Assembly (NCBI GenBank): GCA_012295275.1
Contig: CM022673.1
Location: 15,190,001-15,254,000 of the forward strand
From: Chrysomallon squamiferum
Taxonomy: Eukaryota > Animalia > Mollusca
Length of the DNA: 64,000 nucleotides
Direction: 5' to 3'
Shown here: piece after piece, positions 25,908 through 41,103 of the stretch
Layout of the letters: every line of letters begins with the position of its first letter
How positions within the stretch are numbered: the stretch's first letter is position 1
Made by a program: the position numbers and the translations under genes
The notes under the pieces: model-generated
What the model saw: the letters and a program-made list of their open reading frames with translations, nothing else
Databases searched by the model: none
What the model was told of the DNA's origin: nothing

Positions 25908-28497
25908 TGGATTTTTAAAAATCGTAGTATTTTAAAAAAGAACTATAAGAACCCATAAAAGAAACAAAACAATTACACCACAAACAACAATGGCAACCAA
26001 ACACACGAAAATATACAGCACAGTGACAGATAATTCAGACATGGAAACTGGAGTTCCAAAATGACCCAGGGACAGGAGCCCTAGCTCCGTCGAAAAAACA
26101 CACAACAGGAAACAAAAGAAAAAAACAGAAAATACAGTCCAACACATACATTCGGACACAGAAATAACCGAAGAACAAAAAATTATCAACAGAAATCTAC
26201 ACATTTTGGCAAGGCTAAGGGAAACAGACAGCGAATACGAAAGCGAACAAAACGCTTGGAAAATTATAAAAAGGAAAAAAACAAAACGCACCCACAGCCG
26301 AACCACCATCGCAATACATAAACAAAATCATACAAACATCGACAAAAAGTTGCGCTACTTAATAGAAGCGCAAATACATATTATGGACAAAACAACAAAA
26401 GTAAACAATAATAAAAACGAAAAAGAAATCTACTTCGAAGTAAGACACAAAAACACTAAAAACAATCGGTCCGAACATTACAATCTGGGACGAAACATTT
26501 GTTGTCAGGATTTTACCAAAAATAATCACTGACACAAAACAAACACAGAAAACACCCACACCACAACTCAGAAAAATACTGCTCACACAACAGCAGTCAA
26601 AACAAGTACCAATTACAAAACAACAACAACAACCTAAACACACAACAAAACCAAAAGAGACAACAATATACAAATATATCTCTAAAGATTTGAGGTTTTA
26701 TTACCCACACGCAAACAAGCTAGATTTCTTTGAAATGTTTAACAAAGAACTAGTAAATCAAACAAACTCAACACTAGTCGGTGTGGAAATGTGGAGAAAG
26801 CCAAATTACTGGACCACAGTGACATTCAACCAAACAACAAAAAATGATTAATAGAAATCTGCACATTTTGGAAAGGCTTAGGGAAACCGACAGCGAAGAC
26901 GAAACCGAACCAAATGCATGGAAAATTATAAAAAGGAAAACAAAACACACCCACAGCCGAACCACCATTGCAGTTCACAATACAAATTACACAAACATCA
27001 ACAAACAGTTGCGCTACTTAATAGAAGCGCAAGTACACATTATGGACAAAACGACAAAAGTCAACAAAAATAAAAACGAAAAGGAAATCTACTTTGAAGT
27101 AGACACCAAAACACTGAAAACAATCGGGCCCAACATTACAATCTGGGACGAAACATTTGTTGTCAGGATTTTACCAAAAATAATCCCTGACACAAAACAA
27201 ACACAGAAAACACCCACACCACAACCCAGAAAACCACTACTTGCAACACCGCAGCCAAAACAAACTCCTATTACCAAACAACAACAACAACAACAACACA
27301 AACAACAAAACCAAAAGAAACAACAATATACAAATATATCTCTAAAGATTTGGGTTTTTATTACCCACACGCAAACAAACTAGATTTCTTTGAAATATTT
27401 AACAAAGAACTAGTAGAACAAACAAACTCAACTCTAGTCGGTGTGGAAATGTGGAGAAAGCCAAACTACTGAACCACACTGACATTTAACACAAAATTAA
27501 TAAACACAACCATCACCATTGATGGCTACAAATACACACTGGCAGAAATGAGGCCGCAGTTGCCCAAGTGCGGCCACTGTCAGAAATGGGGCACATCACA
27601 AACCAGTGCACCCACAGACACAACCCGAAACACTTAACGTGCAGTTTCTGTGGTGGAATCACACTACAAGATGTGCCCAGCAAAAACCAAAGCAACTGAC
27701 AATTTTGAACACAATAGGAGAGATAACAAAATTTTACAAAATGTCAACAAAAAATGTCAGAAAATTGAACAAAAAACCAAAACCAAAAGACAATCCCGAC
27801 AAGGAGGTCAGGATCGCAGAAATCCACAAAATTATTGTCTGCCTCCTGATAGAGCTTCAGAACATCAGAACCAATAAAGAAAACACAAATGATGGGACCA
27901 ATTTGGAGCACACAGTAGCCCAGATAATTGAAGACAGCTTTGGCTTCAAGATCGACACACACGACAAAAGAGTAAAACTACACACAGACAGGAGAAATCC
28001 TACAAACACAAAACAGTGAACAAAAAGAAAACAAAAACAGTAACAACCATTTACAAACTGTTCACGATAAGCACACCAAGAACACAGGCCTGTCCGTTCT
28101 TTAATGGAACGCCAAAGGCCTTCACTCAACAGGCCACGGAGACGAACTACTACACTTCCTGGCCTCCACTACAAACACACCGGACATAATATGTATTCAA
28201 GAAACATGGCTGGGACATTCCAACAAAAACAACAAAACAACAAAAACCTTTAAGGTCCCCGGGTATCAAAGTCATTACGTCAACAGATTTAACAGTACCC
28301 GGGGGGGGGTCATGATGACTCTCTTCAAACAAGACATTCCACACACCAAGCTGAACCAAGGCAAAGTCCACGCCAACATAGAAATACTAAGTATCACAAT
28401 TCACAACAACAATCAAAACATCGACATAATTAACATATACAGGCTACCCACTCCGCAGCACACAGCATCCAAACCCACGACTTAAACAAAATAATAA
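25908..28497 (+). mobile_element. Duplicate of the decayed ORF1/APE LINE fragment at 14469-17045
   Basis: ORFs 26206, 26844 and 27606 match ORFs 14764, 15396 and 16130. Confidence 0.92.
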
Positions 28498-29836
28498 GAA
28501 CAGAGTTGGGTTTAAATAACTAAAATATATAAAAGACTGACAAATATATTTTAAAAATACGGAAACATTTTTTTTTTTTTTTCAAATGCTTAAAAACTGT
28601 ACCATATGCAAAACACCTTTTTTTAAACCTGCTTAAAAGCTGCATAGTACATAAAATACTTACAGCATTAGTTTTTCACTGATATAAAATATTGTAAAAT
28701 ATATAAAACTCTGAAAAATATATTATAAACATGCTTGAAAGACTTTACAACTTTGAAACAAATATATTTTATACTGGCATAAAAAGACTAAAATATATTA
28801 AACCCTAAAAATAATTTTTTTAACAGGCTTAAAAAACTGTAAAATACTTAAGAAACTGAAAAAATTATTTCAAACTGTTTTATAAGCACTGATTTGTTTT
28901 TTTAAGTACACCAAATACAGAAAACGATATATATTTTTTTAAACTGGCTGGAAAAACTGAAAAATTTACAAAAACACTGACAAATATATTTTAAACTTAA
29001 TTAAAAGAATTGTAACATTTTTTAAACACTGTAAAATATATTTCTAACTGGCTTAACAAAAAACATGTAAATTACATTAAACTGCCTTAAAAAGACTGAA
29101 AAATATGTTTTAAATTGTTTGAAGAAAACTGTAAAGTATATAAAAGACTAAGAAATACACTTCAAGCTGGCTTAAAAAAGATAAAATACATAAAAAAAAT
29201 TTAAACTCTATTAAAAAGCTGCGAAATATATAAAACTATGAAAAACATATATTTTAAAGTGGACTCAAAAGCTCTACAAAATATATAAAACACTAAAAGA
29301 TATATATTTCAACTGGATTAAAAACTGTAAAATATATAATACACTAAAAAAAAATTATATAAAGCTCGCTTAAAAACACTGAAAAATGTTTTGATTTCCC
29401 GCTGATCTGATCCGATCCGAGCCGAGCTGATCCGATCCGAGCCGAGCCGTGCCGACCCAATCCGAGCATCTGTCTGTTTATAAAATATTCAAGCCTATAA
29501 ATATAAATATGAAGTGTTTTAAAAATCGTGTTTCTTCTTAGTTGAACTAATGATGTAAGATGTGATTTGTAATTCACTGAATATTAGATGACCGTTTTCG
29601 TAAAACCTTATTGGGAATAAACTGTATGTCGTGAAAAATTTGTGTTGTTTTATAAATTCATTTTTTTTTTCAGCCACATTTAATATATATATATTTATAT
29701 ATATATATTGTTTTCAGTCACTGTAGCCAGTATAGTACATTAAGGATTATTTTTCAGCTGAAAATTTGTTTAGTTATTTTACGTTATGGAAATGCATATT
29801 ACCATATACATCTCACCTACTTCTTAAACACATTCA

Positions 29837-29872
<36 letters not shown>

Positions 29873-31879
29873 AACCAAAAAAAACAAACCCACACACACA
29901 GAAAAAGAAATCGCAGCACACATACAGAAATACAAACATACTGAAAAACTATTTTTTAACGTAGACTATTTAGTGTTAAAATAGAAAATACTTCAAATAA
30001 ACAATATCACGTGAAATAGCGCTCCAGTGGAATTTCCCAGTACAAGATAAACTTACGTTATAGCGATCAGTCAACAGTTTGTAAATGAACTAGGCTTAAG
30101 GTATAAATACGGCCGTCCTGCGTTAACAAACCGCTACCAATATAATTAGTATATATGAGAGTTAGTATGAAAACAAAATACACTATAATTATATAATATT
30201 TTGTTTTGACTTTACGCCTTATTGTTCAGAGTAAAATACTTTACAACAATTCAAAAACTTTTACAACACGTATACGAATTTGGAAAATGAACTATGTAGA
30301 AAATTCACTAATGATGAAAACCTACACAGTTATAACACACTTTAGAAATATTCTACTAAAACAAATTATTTTATTTTATTGTTAACATCTGATGAAAGTT
30401 TCAACAGATAACTTTTTTCAGTGGTAGTTCTAGATATAGCCAGACGGAAATGCGCATACAATAGACAATTAAAACATAGCTATAAATTCATCGTATATAT
30501 TATTCTGTTACTTTTGGTTATACATTTGGCAAATATATTATATTCTAAGAAAATGCAGGTAGAAAAAGTATTATATTAAATGACGCTCATACACACAGAA
30601 ACAGTCGCGCATGCATACACGCAGTATTTAGATAGATTATCTAATTCAACAGGCTGACAATTCCCATTTAATTTTTGGTGATCTCGGACAATGGGATTTC
30701 ATCCCTGTACTCAGTCTTGCAGTAACTGTTTTAACCTCTGAGTTGGTTGGTGACACTTCTCCGGAGTCACGCCTCGGCATGATGAATGATGTAGTTCTAC
30801 GTCAAGCTCTGTCTCTGTCCTGGAGCGACAACTTGTCAAGACGAAGGGAAACGACTTTATTTACAGACTTCAGCCATCTAAATCGTTCACCACAACAGTT
30901 GAAGCATTCTGTGGGAGAAAAGCAATTCACACAACTCTTAAGGTAAAGTAAAATTAAGTTTTACTTTTGTTTGATTGAGAAAAATTTGGGAGTTTATTAC
31001 ACATTTAAGTAGTTCACCAGAGCCTTCGTAATCAAGCGTTCTGTGGAAGAAAAGAAGCGGTTGTCAATATGAAGTAATATTATAGTTTTAGCCTTGTTTA
31101 ACTTGCGAATGATTTAGAAGTTTATTAGACATCTTGATCTTTCACTATAAAATCTCACTACGAAGATTGTTAAAATTATAGTTGTGTTTAAATGATGAAA
31201 AATGTTTAGATTTTTTGCCAGTCTTCTTAGTCGTACTTCATAAAAATTTAGTCCATGCAATGCAAACGAAAATAGAAGTGATTCCTGAGATTGCTAAAGT
31301 AATATATAATGCACAGATTTTTGTTTAAGAGGTGAATTGTTTTGAGATTAGTTAGTCATCGTAATACTTCACTGTAATGTTCTGTGTGGTATATTTCAGG
31401 TCCCAGCATTTTTGTGGGAAAAAGAAAATTGACCATAGTTGTTAATATTACGTCAAAGGTATTCGTTTTGTTTTATTGCAAATAATGTATGATTTTCTAA
31501 AAGAAGATTTTTGTTTCAGTAGTTGTAAGTGGAAAGGTGTTTGTACAATTTTAAAGATGATGTAAAACATGCAGTTTCGTCTTTTTTTATATGACCTGTA
31601 ATGTAATATTTTGATATTCGGATAATTTTAATGCAGGACGAACAGTTTAGGTTAAAGAATCGCTTTTTGGAATGTGTTTTTCAAGGATTATTTAACAAAA
31701 AAAATTCCTATATCAATAAACGGCGAAAATAATTAGTAATGATTTCTAATAATAAATATCTGGAAAATGAATGTAAGAGAATTGTTGAAGTAACAAAGAA
31801 TGGATAGTTTTATTTTTGTTTATATATGTTAAAAAATCGGAAGTTACAGAATAGTAAAGAACAATGGTTTCCGAAGAAT

Positions 31880-31967
<88 letters not shown>

Positions 31968-33399
31968 GAAATAAAACAAAATAATATGTACTTAAATAAA
32001 TAAATAAATTAATAATCATAATTTAAAAAGAATGTAAACAAAAAGACAAGAAAATAGTAAGCAAACCAAAACAAAACAGATAACTCTCCCCACAAAAAAT
32101 AAAATAAAAATAAAAAAATAAAAAATAATTAAATTAAATTAAATTAAATTAAATTAAGTATTATAAATTAAGCGGTAAGTATTTAAAAACATAAATTAAA
32201 AATAGAAAGAAAGAAAAAAAATTCCGTTTCCCAAAATAATAAAATGAATTTTTTAAAACCTTTTTTGTTTTGTTTTTACATTCATGCTTTGCTAATACGT
32301 GACACCTTTAAGTCAAAGATGTCACCAAAAGTCATAAATTACAAGTTGCAACTAGTTGTATGAGTTTAACGTATGGAATGTTACAATGTATTTCTTGCTA
32401 AATATCTTATTTAGAAACGTTTGCAAGAAAAGAAAAGATTTTTGTTTTCAGATTAATGGTTTTGAATTAAACTATATTTATGTAATATATGTTTACATAT
32501 AACTGTTTATTTGCTTAATGATTACATAAGATAATTATATATCTGATTTAATATTTACGAAATAATTATTTATTTTAAAATGATGAAAATTCACTTCAAG
32601 ATTATTAAAAAAATCACCGAATGACAACAAGCTTTCCCTGTCTATCTGAGCTTTTATATTTCTATTTTATTTTTCTGTTTTTTTAAATTTATTTATAACC
32701 ATATTGATATTACATCATGTTTCTTTCTTTCATTAACACCTCCTTTTTTTCGTTCTTTCTAAAATATAGTTTACATCCAACATGAAGTACGTTTATTTCT
32801 AAACCAAATAAATACGAGATATCCCTTTACTAACCAAAGAAACAAGCATACAAATACAATGCGGTGAAGCTGCCTCCAGGCGTTTAGCATCAAGTCAAGA
32901 AGTTTTTGATATATGTAAATAAATTAACAGAAACTGTTTTCAAAGAGACGAAATGTCTCTTAAATGTCTCTTACTGACGACATCAGTAAGACCAGTTGCT
33001 TGAAAGATATAACACAAAAAACAACAACAGATAATTAAGATGTATTACTGAATTGTTTAATAGGTTAAGTAGTTTTAAATTGTATTTACTCATCCTTTTA
33101 TATTTGTTGTTTTATTTTATGTATTTTTCTTTGACTATATGTATACCGCTGAATACGTGGATACCACTATACAAAAAAGTGTTTGTAATGATTACAACAA
33201 CAACAAGTAACACTAATACTATTATACTCTGTTATTATTACTATTACTGCAACGATTAATTCTAAATCTACTATACCACGACTACTACTACTACTGTTAT
33301 TACAACTAGTTCTACTACCACTAACATTAATTTACTACTACTTGTGCAATTAATAGTTCTACTACTAGATATATCTACTACCCTTTCTGTATTACTATT

Positions 33400-33790
33400 T
33401 CTATTATTGTATATTGTAATTTCTAATTAAACTAAAAACATTTCTATAGAACTTTATGGCTAATTTTTATAGTGTATTATCTAATTAAAATAAGAACATA
33501 TTTTTGTAACTCTATTTTTAATTATATATTGTAATATCTAATTATACTAATAACATAATTTAGTAAGACATTATACACAGTAATCTTTAATTAACATAAG
33601 AACACATTTTAGTAATTTTATTGTTAATTATACATTGTATTTTTAATTAAAATAAGAACACATTTTAGTAATTTCGTTGTTAAATATACGTTGTTTTCTA
33701 ATTCTCTTATTAATTAATCTCTAAATAAAATAAGAACATATTTTATGCTAATGATATGCTGTAATCTCTGATTAACATCAGAACAGATTT
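33400..33790. repeat. Degenerate AT-rich minisatellite
   Basis: Recurrent ctaattaaaataagaacatattt units. Confidence 0.65.
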
Positions 33791-34718
33791 GAGTAAAACC
33801 TTTTATTTCATTTTTTTCTTTTATTTTCTTTAAAATAACGTCTGCTATACACAACGTATCCATGATAAATCTAATAGCATTTTATAATACTCTTAAAGTA
33901 TAGTCTTTGAGATGATTGTGAAGTGAAATGTTAGACATCTTTCTTACGTGACATAAAATATCTAGAAAAAAAAGAAATTAAGAGGAAAGGCAAAACAAAT
34001 TTACTAACACAGCAAGGTTTTCTGAGTCTGCGTGTCTCAGTTTCGTGCGAAGTTCCGAAAATAGATCATCTTATTATTAATGTTTGTGTCAAAACGGGCA
34101 AAATGAATGTCACACTCAGGTACATAAAAAAAAAAAAAAAAAAAAAAAGAACTAAAGAAAAAGGTTAAAAATGCGAAAAGAAGTTAACAGGAAAAATGCC
34201 TGTTTGAAAGATCAGAAATCGAAAAGATGAATAAAAATAATACATGCTAAATAACAATAGCTTTACCAACAATAATAACAATAACAACAACAACAAAAAA
34301 CACAAAAAACCCCACAAAAAACCACTCCCAAAAACAACAACTACATAATAATAATAATAAAAACATAAATAAAGAAAAAGTATAAAATTGCAGAGAAAAC
34401 AGCTTAAAATTATCCTCCAAAAGTTAATTTAACACACACATACTAAAAAAAAAAATGAAAAAGAATGATAATAAAATAAAAATGTCCGTAAAATAATAAA
34501 ATACAACACACACACACACACACACACACACTTAAAATAAAAAAAAATCAGAAAGAACAACAAAGTCAACAGCAGCAAAAAGTTAAGGCAATAACTATTT
34601 TTAATAATTATCTTTCAAAACGACTGATGTCGTACATGTAGATGTAGATTTAATATAATTTGTCAATTATTATTTCAGAGAAATCATCCTGGCTTGACCT
34701 AGCAGAGTTATCTGCGCC

Positions 34719-34749
34719 ATGAATCTGCAGATTCAGTCGTCTCTGGCAG
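34719..34749 (+). CDS. Coding exon 1 (MNLQIQSSLA)
   Basis: Acceptor tttcag at 34678, gcgccATG, donor CAG|gtttgt, phase 1. Confidence 0.8.
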
Positions 34750-35762
34750 GTTTGTTATTTGAATCAGAAATAAACTTTAAATATATATTTTTAATAACAC
34801 ACACTACATCCTAATATTAACACTTATAATAATAATAATAAGAAGAAATAAATAAAAGAAAACACAATAATAAAATAATAATAATAATAATATAAATAAA
34901 TAAATAAATAAATAAAATAAAAGTAAAAAAGATATTGAAAAAAGAAAAGAAAGAATAAAAAGACTTTTAATGATAACATTAAAATAGTTTTACCTTTAAA
35001 GCATAAAATTTTAAAGTTATATAATTTGTCTTTCTGTCTGTCCTCCTCTAATCTGCTTACCTACGTATCTAGTTGTCTGTCTGTCTGTGTATTTTAGTGT
35101 TGTTCTTCATATCTTCCTCTGTTCTGGGGTGTATGGATATTTGCACACAACAGTTCAACATGGAAATGCAGGCAGCCCTGGCAGGAGATGCTGCCATAGC
35201 AACGGCGTTAAGCTGCACGTAAGTGGCGTTGATGTGATATCACATGTAGTAAATATTTAACTAAGCAGTGATTGCAGATGTACCCCATAAAGATTGATGT
35301 TCATCTGTACTGACAAGATAGTGCTAATGTCAAAGGGTTAGCTGTGCTGATGATGTACCAGTGCAGAGCCCATAAAGCTCATGTTTTAATCATAACGTCA
35401 CTGAGATTTGCGTAACTTTTAAAATATAACTATTTTAATTCACTCATCGTAATGAATTGGTTTTGCTTCTAGTTTTCTATATACATGTATTAGCTAAAAA
35501 CATAAGTTAAACTGAATGATTTTCACGTGACTGTATCAACAGTGTATTCTTCTAGCATATATATATATATATATATATAATTGTTAATAACATTATAAGC
35601 GCAGATGAAAGGATGTGCAAGTGCATATGCATTGTAGCGTGTTAATAGAGTATAAAGAATTAATTAATACTAGTAACTTTCCTGGCAATAAATGATTTTG
35701 GTCTAAAATCTTAGATTAAAAAATAAAAAAATAAATAAAAAAAAAAAAAAAAAAAAAAAAAA

Positions 35763-35820
<58 letters not shown>

Positions 35821-36275
35821 GTAACAAAAATAATACGTTTTCCTTCACGCATACTGACTGTATCAAAGATTTAATTAATATGAGGTTCATTAAAAATGTT
35901 TTGTTTTCAGCGCTATTACAAACCACATTAAGTGTTTACAGCGAGTGGAAGCGCAATGCAGTCTGAACACTGATTTACAAATACTTCATCAAACTACACT
36001 GGCAACCGCTCTACAGAAATACCAGCACTTCTGTCACACAGGTATTCATAGAAAGAAGTCGAGGTGACAGAGTAATTAGAAAGACAGACAAGCAGACATA
36101 CATCCATACAGACATATATAGATCGACAGATAAATAATGTGAAAGAAAATAAATTAATTATAATTACTGTCCCCAAACGTGCACAGAACAAACAATCAAA
36201 CGAACAAACACAAACAACGAAAAAGAACAAACAAAGAAACAAACAACACTAAAACTAGCAACAATAATGGAACCG

Positions 36276-36319
<44 letters not shown>

Positions 36320-36650
36320 TGGTAAATTATACGATGAAACGCATATCACTGAAATAACTTCATTTCCACACAAGTCACAACTTATTCACAGCTGACCAGT
36401 TTAAGTTATTACTTTCAGGTTCTCGGCTGGACAACACGGCTAACTGTGCAGGTAGATTTATGGCTTGTAACGAGCAACTTAACAACACCTTCAATGCGGC
36501 CCTCACCTCCTTGGATATACAGCGAGCTTGTGCGTGAGTACAAAAACACTTGTATCTTCAATGAGCTGTTATTATTATTCTAAGCTTCATCATCACCATT
36601 ATCGTTATGGTTATGGTCATTTTGACTCTTATAGATGCTGTTGCAGATAC

Positions 36651-36737
<87 letters not shown>

Positions 36738-36962
36738 TGATGTTCCTGTTGTTGCTTTTGTGACTGTTATTATTTGTGTTGTTATTAAAATAATTTGTCT
36801 TATTTATTTATTATTTATTTAAAATTGTAGTTGTAGTTGCTGCTGCTGTTGTTGTTGTTCTTTTCATTTTTAGTAGTCTTATTTTTTATTGTTGTTGTTA
36901 TTGTTATTATTACTGTCATTGTTGTAGTAGTTGTTGTTCTTTCGTCTTCTTCCTGTGTATAT

Positions 36963-37017
<55 letters not shown>

Positions 37018-38034
37018 AGTTCTCTAAACAATTATTCTTCCTGTGTTGAGAATTTGATCAGTTTACCAAACTGTGGTCAGCTGTCCACTCAGGCCATGCA
37101 GACCGTGGCTCTTCTCAGGTCCAAATACGGACCATCGTGTCAAGGAGGTCAGTTTTTTTTTTCTTTCTTTCTTATTTCCTGATCTAACCAATGTAATCAT
37201 TAACAACATAAGGACACTATCAGATAAAGTAAAAATATGGCCGCATAATCTGTACAACAAAACATATGCTGTCCGAGTGTATATGTGTATTTGTAAAGGT
37301 ATCCGTATCGTTGGTCATGCATATTTGTGTTTCTGTATGTGGATAAATGAATATTTATTTCTCAATGCGTGCGTGAGAGTTATTTTCATCTTTATGATGT
37401 TTTAACTAGATGAAGTTTTCTACAAATCAACGGGAACAAACTCCTTTACCATTATTAATAAACAGAGTTAACTCCCGTCATCTTATTTTTTTTTTATTAT
37501 TATTTTTTTTTTATTTTGTTGAAACAATCCAGAATGTGTGACAGCTTATTTTATGGAACTGATATTAATCGCCTTTTATTTTATTGTTCAACGGTCCACT
37601 AATTAATTTATTTATTGAAAAAAAGAACAAAAAAAAACAAAACAACAACAACAAACAAAAACAAACATCCAAAAACAACTAAACAAGCCAAAAAAAAAAA
37701 AAAAAAAAGAACAAAAGAAACAAAGATGAAAAACAAAACGACAACATTTATACTGTAGTTAATACTGACAAGTTTTATTTTTCAGATTTAGCGAAAGAAG
37801 GACGAAATATAGCGAACTGTATGAACAGGACGATGGAGTGTTTTGACAGTTTTAAATTTTCCTTCTCTTTCGCCGTGAACGCGTCAGATATGACATCTAT
37901 GTGTCAGTGAGTTGTTTTCTCTAATAATAATAATAATAATAATAAGAGAAAAATAGAAACCCAAAAATGTGCAGAATGTTGGAAAACAGAACAAATCTAG
38001 ATGCACAGAGTGGTTGTAATGTTGAAGTGCTTTG

Positions 38035-38108
<74 letters not shown>

Positions 38109-39728
38109 TTTACGTATGTTATATAAGATTAATGTGTTTTTTTCAGAGCTCTAGATCAGTACACGTCGTGTGTAGAGAAACTTCGAGCAGACACGACGTG
38201 CAGTCAGTACATCGACCACGCTTTGGTCAATATTGAGATACTACGTTCACAACACCGACTTGCATGTGGACCAGGTATAAGAAAAAAGAAAAGAAAAGAA
38301 TATTATTAATAATAATAATAAATAATTTAACTACCCATTAATTTCCTTTACATTATTAAGAAAATATACAAACAAACAAACAAAACAAATAACAACAAAT
38401 AAATATTGTTAAAAGAATCTGTCGCGACTTTTCATGTAGTAATGGTGTTATATATTTTTTTCAGATAACGGTGTCAAAGCGAACCAGTGTATAAACACGT
38501 TCAAAGTTTGCTTTAGTCATTTTAATCATTCGCTGTATCCAACCAGTCAAGATAGATCTGGTTTTTCCAATATTTGTGGGTAAGTAATGAAATAAGAGTT
38601 TCTCAGTTTCAGTTATGATGCTGAAACAAAAATTGCTTTTTACAATTAATATTGAAATCACATAATATTTTCTGTTAACTAAAATAGTATCTAGTAAAAA
38701 TAGGTATTACTGAAATCATAATCTGAATGTTCTGTTAATGTACATATTACCTTACTAAAGACATACACATAAGTACACACGCAAATACACGAAACATACA
38801 TACAAAGATCTTCACTGTAATGGATTAGAGTGCATCTGTGACTATTCTGTCAATCATTATTTTAAATTTCATGTCTGCTTTAACTATTTCACAGACTGAA
38901 TTTAAAATATTATTAACTATCACTATTAATCAGTTCTGTAAGAAATAACATTTCATATCTTCTTATATCTTACTTGCAAACTACGACTGGAGACTGAAAA
39001 AGCGAAAACCCGTGGTGGATGTTTGTAATTTGCTTTTCAATTAAATGATTTGTTTCTGACGTCAGAGATTCTTAGCTATTTTGATTTTTGAAAATGGGTT
39101 TAAAATAAGATTTAATATCTTCTATTGAAAGTGCATTCAAGTGATGGATATTTGACAAAAATAAAATAAACGTAAAAATAAAAAAGGATATCATAATATC
39201 AGTTAAGATTCCCGAAAAACAGTATTCCTTTCAATACTGTATTATTGTTACTTCTTACAAGTATTGTATAAACATACTATGAAAGGAAAAATAAACATTT
39301 GAATTTCAAAACAACGCTGTAACAAAATCTGAGACTACCCCGAAGCTGGAAAAAAATAAATAATTATAACCCGAACCTATGTGTATGTAAACATAATTTT
39401 CATCCGTTAAATATATTTACAAAATAATACACTTCATCTTTTGCCATTTGTTTTAAAACTAAAGAGCAAATCGTGGAACGAATCTATACAGACATATTTT
39501 CCGCAGAAGACCTGGGAAATCTCTGGCAATCAACACTGGTTAAAGAAAATAAATAATGCAGAGCTGTGGTGTCAGTTTACTGTAAAAATACGTATTTATT
39601 TTGATAATAGAGCGGCGTTAAAAATGTTGCAGGGTCGTTTCCATCGATAAATAGAATTTGTTGTCGATTAACCAATATAAGTTTTGTGTAAAGTAGTGTA
39701 AAAAATATAACCTGGTATATAGATTACA

Positions 39729-39813
<85 letters not shown>

Positions 39814-41045
39814 ACTCATATCCAGGTAAACTTTTTTCTCCCATACCACATAAAATTATTTCCCATTCCACCCCTTTCCCCTAAGATCTTGATATAACAT
39901 TTTTTTGTTTGAAAGTAACTCAGATAGTGCAAACAACGGAAACCATTAACATTTTGAAATCACGCCAAACCTTCATTCACTCGATCATTTTCTGTGCGTT
40001 CATAAAACATATACACCTTTTTCTTTATATTCTTTCTTTTTTACTTCTCTTTTGATTTTCTTTTTTTTTTTTTTTTTTTTTTTTCTCTTGTTTAGGTCTT
40101 TTTTCTTCGTTTTCTTTTTTAATTCTTTTTTCAGGTTTTTTTTTCTTTTTTTCTTCTTTTCGTTTTTTTTATATATATTTTTATTATTATTATTTTTTTT
40201 TTATATTACACATAAATGAGAATTATTTACTATAAAAATAAGCTTTAAAAAAGAAGAAAAGAAAAAAAGAAATCAGTAATCGCTGTCAATTACTTAATGT
40301 CTTTTTACATTTATTTAAATAATAATTAGTTAAAATTGGTTGTAATGGCAGTTTGAAAAATCGATAAATATATTGGGTTTAAAGCTTAATAGTTTCAAAA
40401 TGGCGAAAGATTAGATGCAAGCGTTAAAAATATTGGGGTTACTGAATGTTAAAAACAGGATGGTGCATGTGCTTTGAATCTGAATGTCCATGTGTGTCAA
40501 TGTGTTCGTCTGTATGTGTGCTTTTGTGTGCAGATACAAAATCATAAAAGTGAAAGAGAAATCAATTTGTGGGTTTTTAGTATATACATATATGTGTATG
40601 TACATATATTGTATTTACTTGTTTTAAACGTTTCGTGTAAAAAGTAAATAAAGAAAATTTTGAAACTATATTACATAAGTATTTCTATCTTTCTTATAAT
40701 TAAATTTCAGATCTTTGTCTAACTACTCTAGATGTGTTGCTGGGATACCGCAAGACTGTGTTCAGTATATTGGTCAGCCAATAGAAAGTCTGAACATGTT
40801 AAAAAGACAGTATTCTGAATATTGCAACCCAGGTATAAACAGAGTCGAAAACGAAAATATATCTACCGTGCTCAAAAAAAAAAAAAAAAAGAAATCAGCT
40901 GTCTAGACATTTGTTAACTTTGTATTGTCTTTCTACTTATATATTCGTGTGTGTGTATGAGTGTTTGTAATATATTTATTTATTAATTTATTTAACTGAA
41001 CATTTTACTTTTTTATTTTCACACTCATACACATTAACCCGTATA

Positions 41046-41103
<58 letters not shown>

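Larger units (their letters stand above)
21310..32560 (+). repeat. Second copy of 7845-21109 (tandem duplication or uncollapsed haplotype)
   Basis: Colinear and nearly identical (ORFs 17892/29344 and 19288/30743); the first copy ends and the second begins exactly at the gap. Confidence 0.95.
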
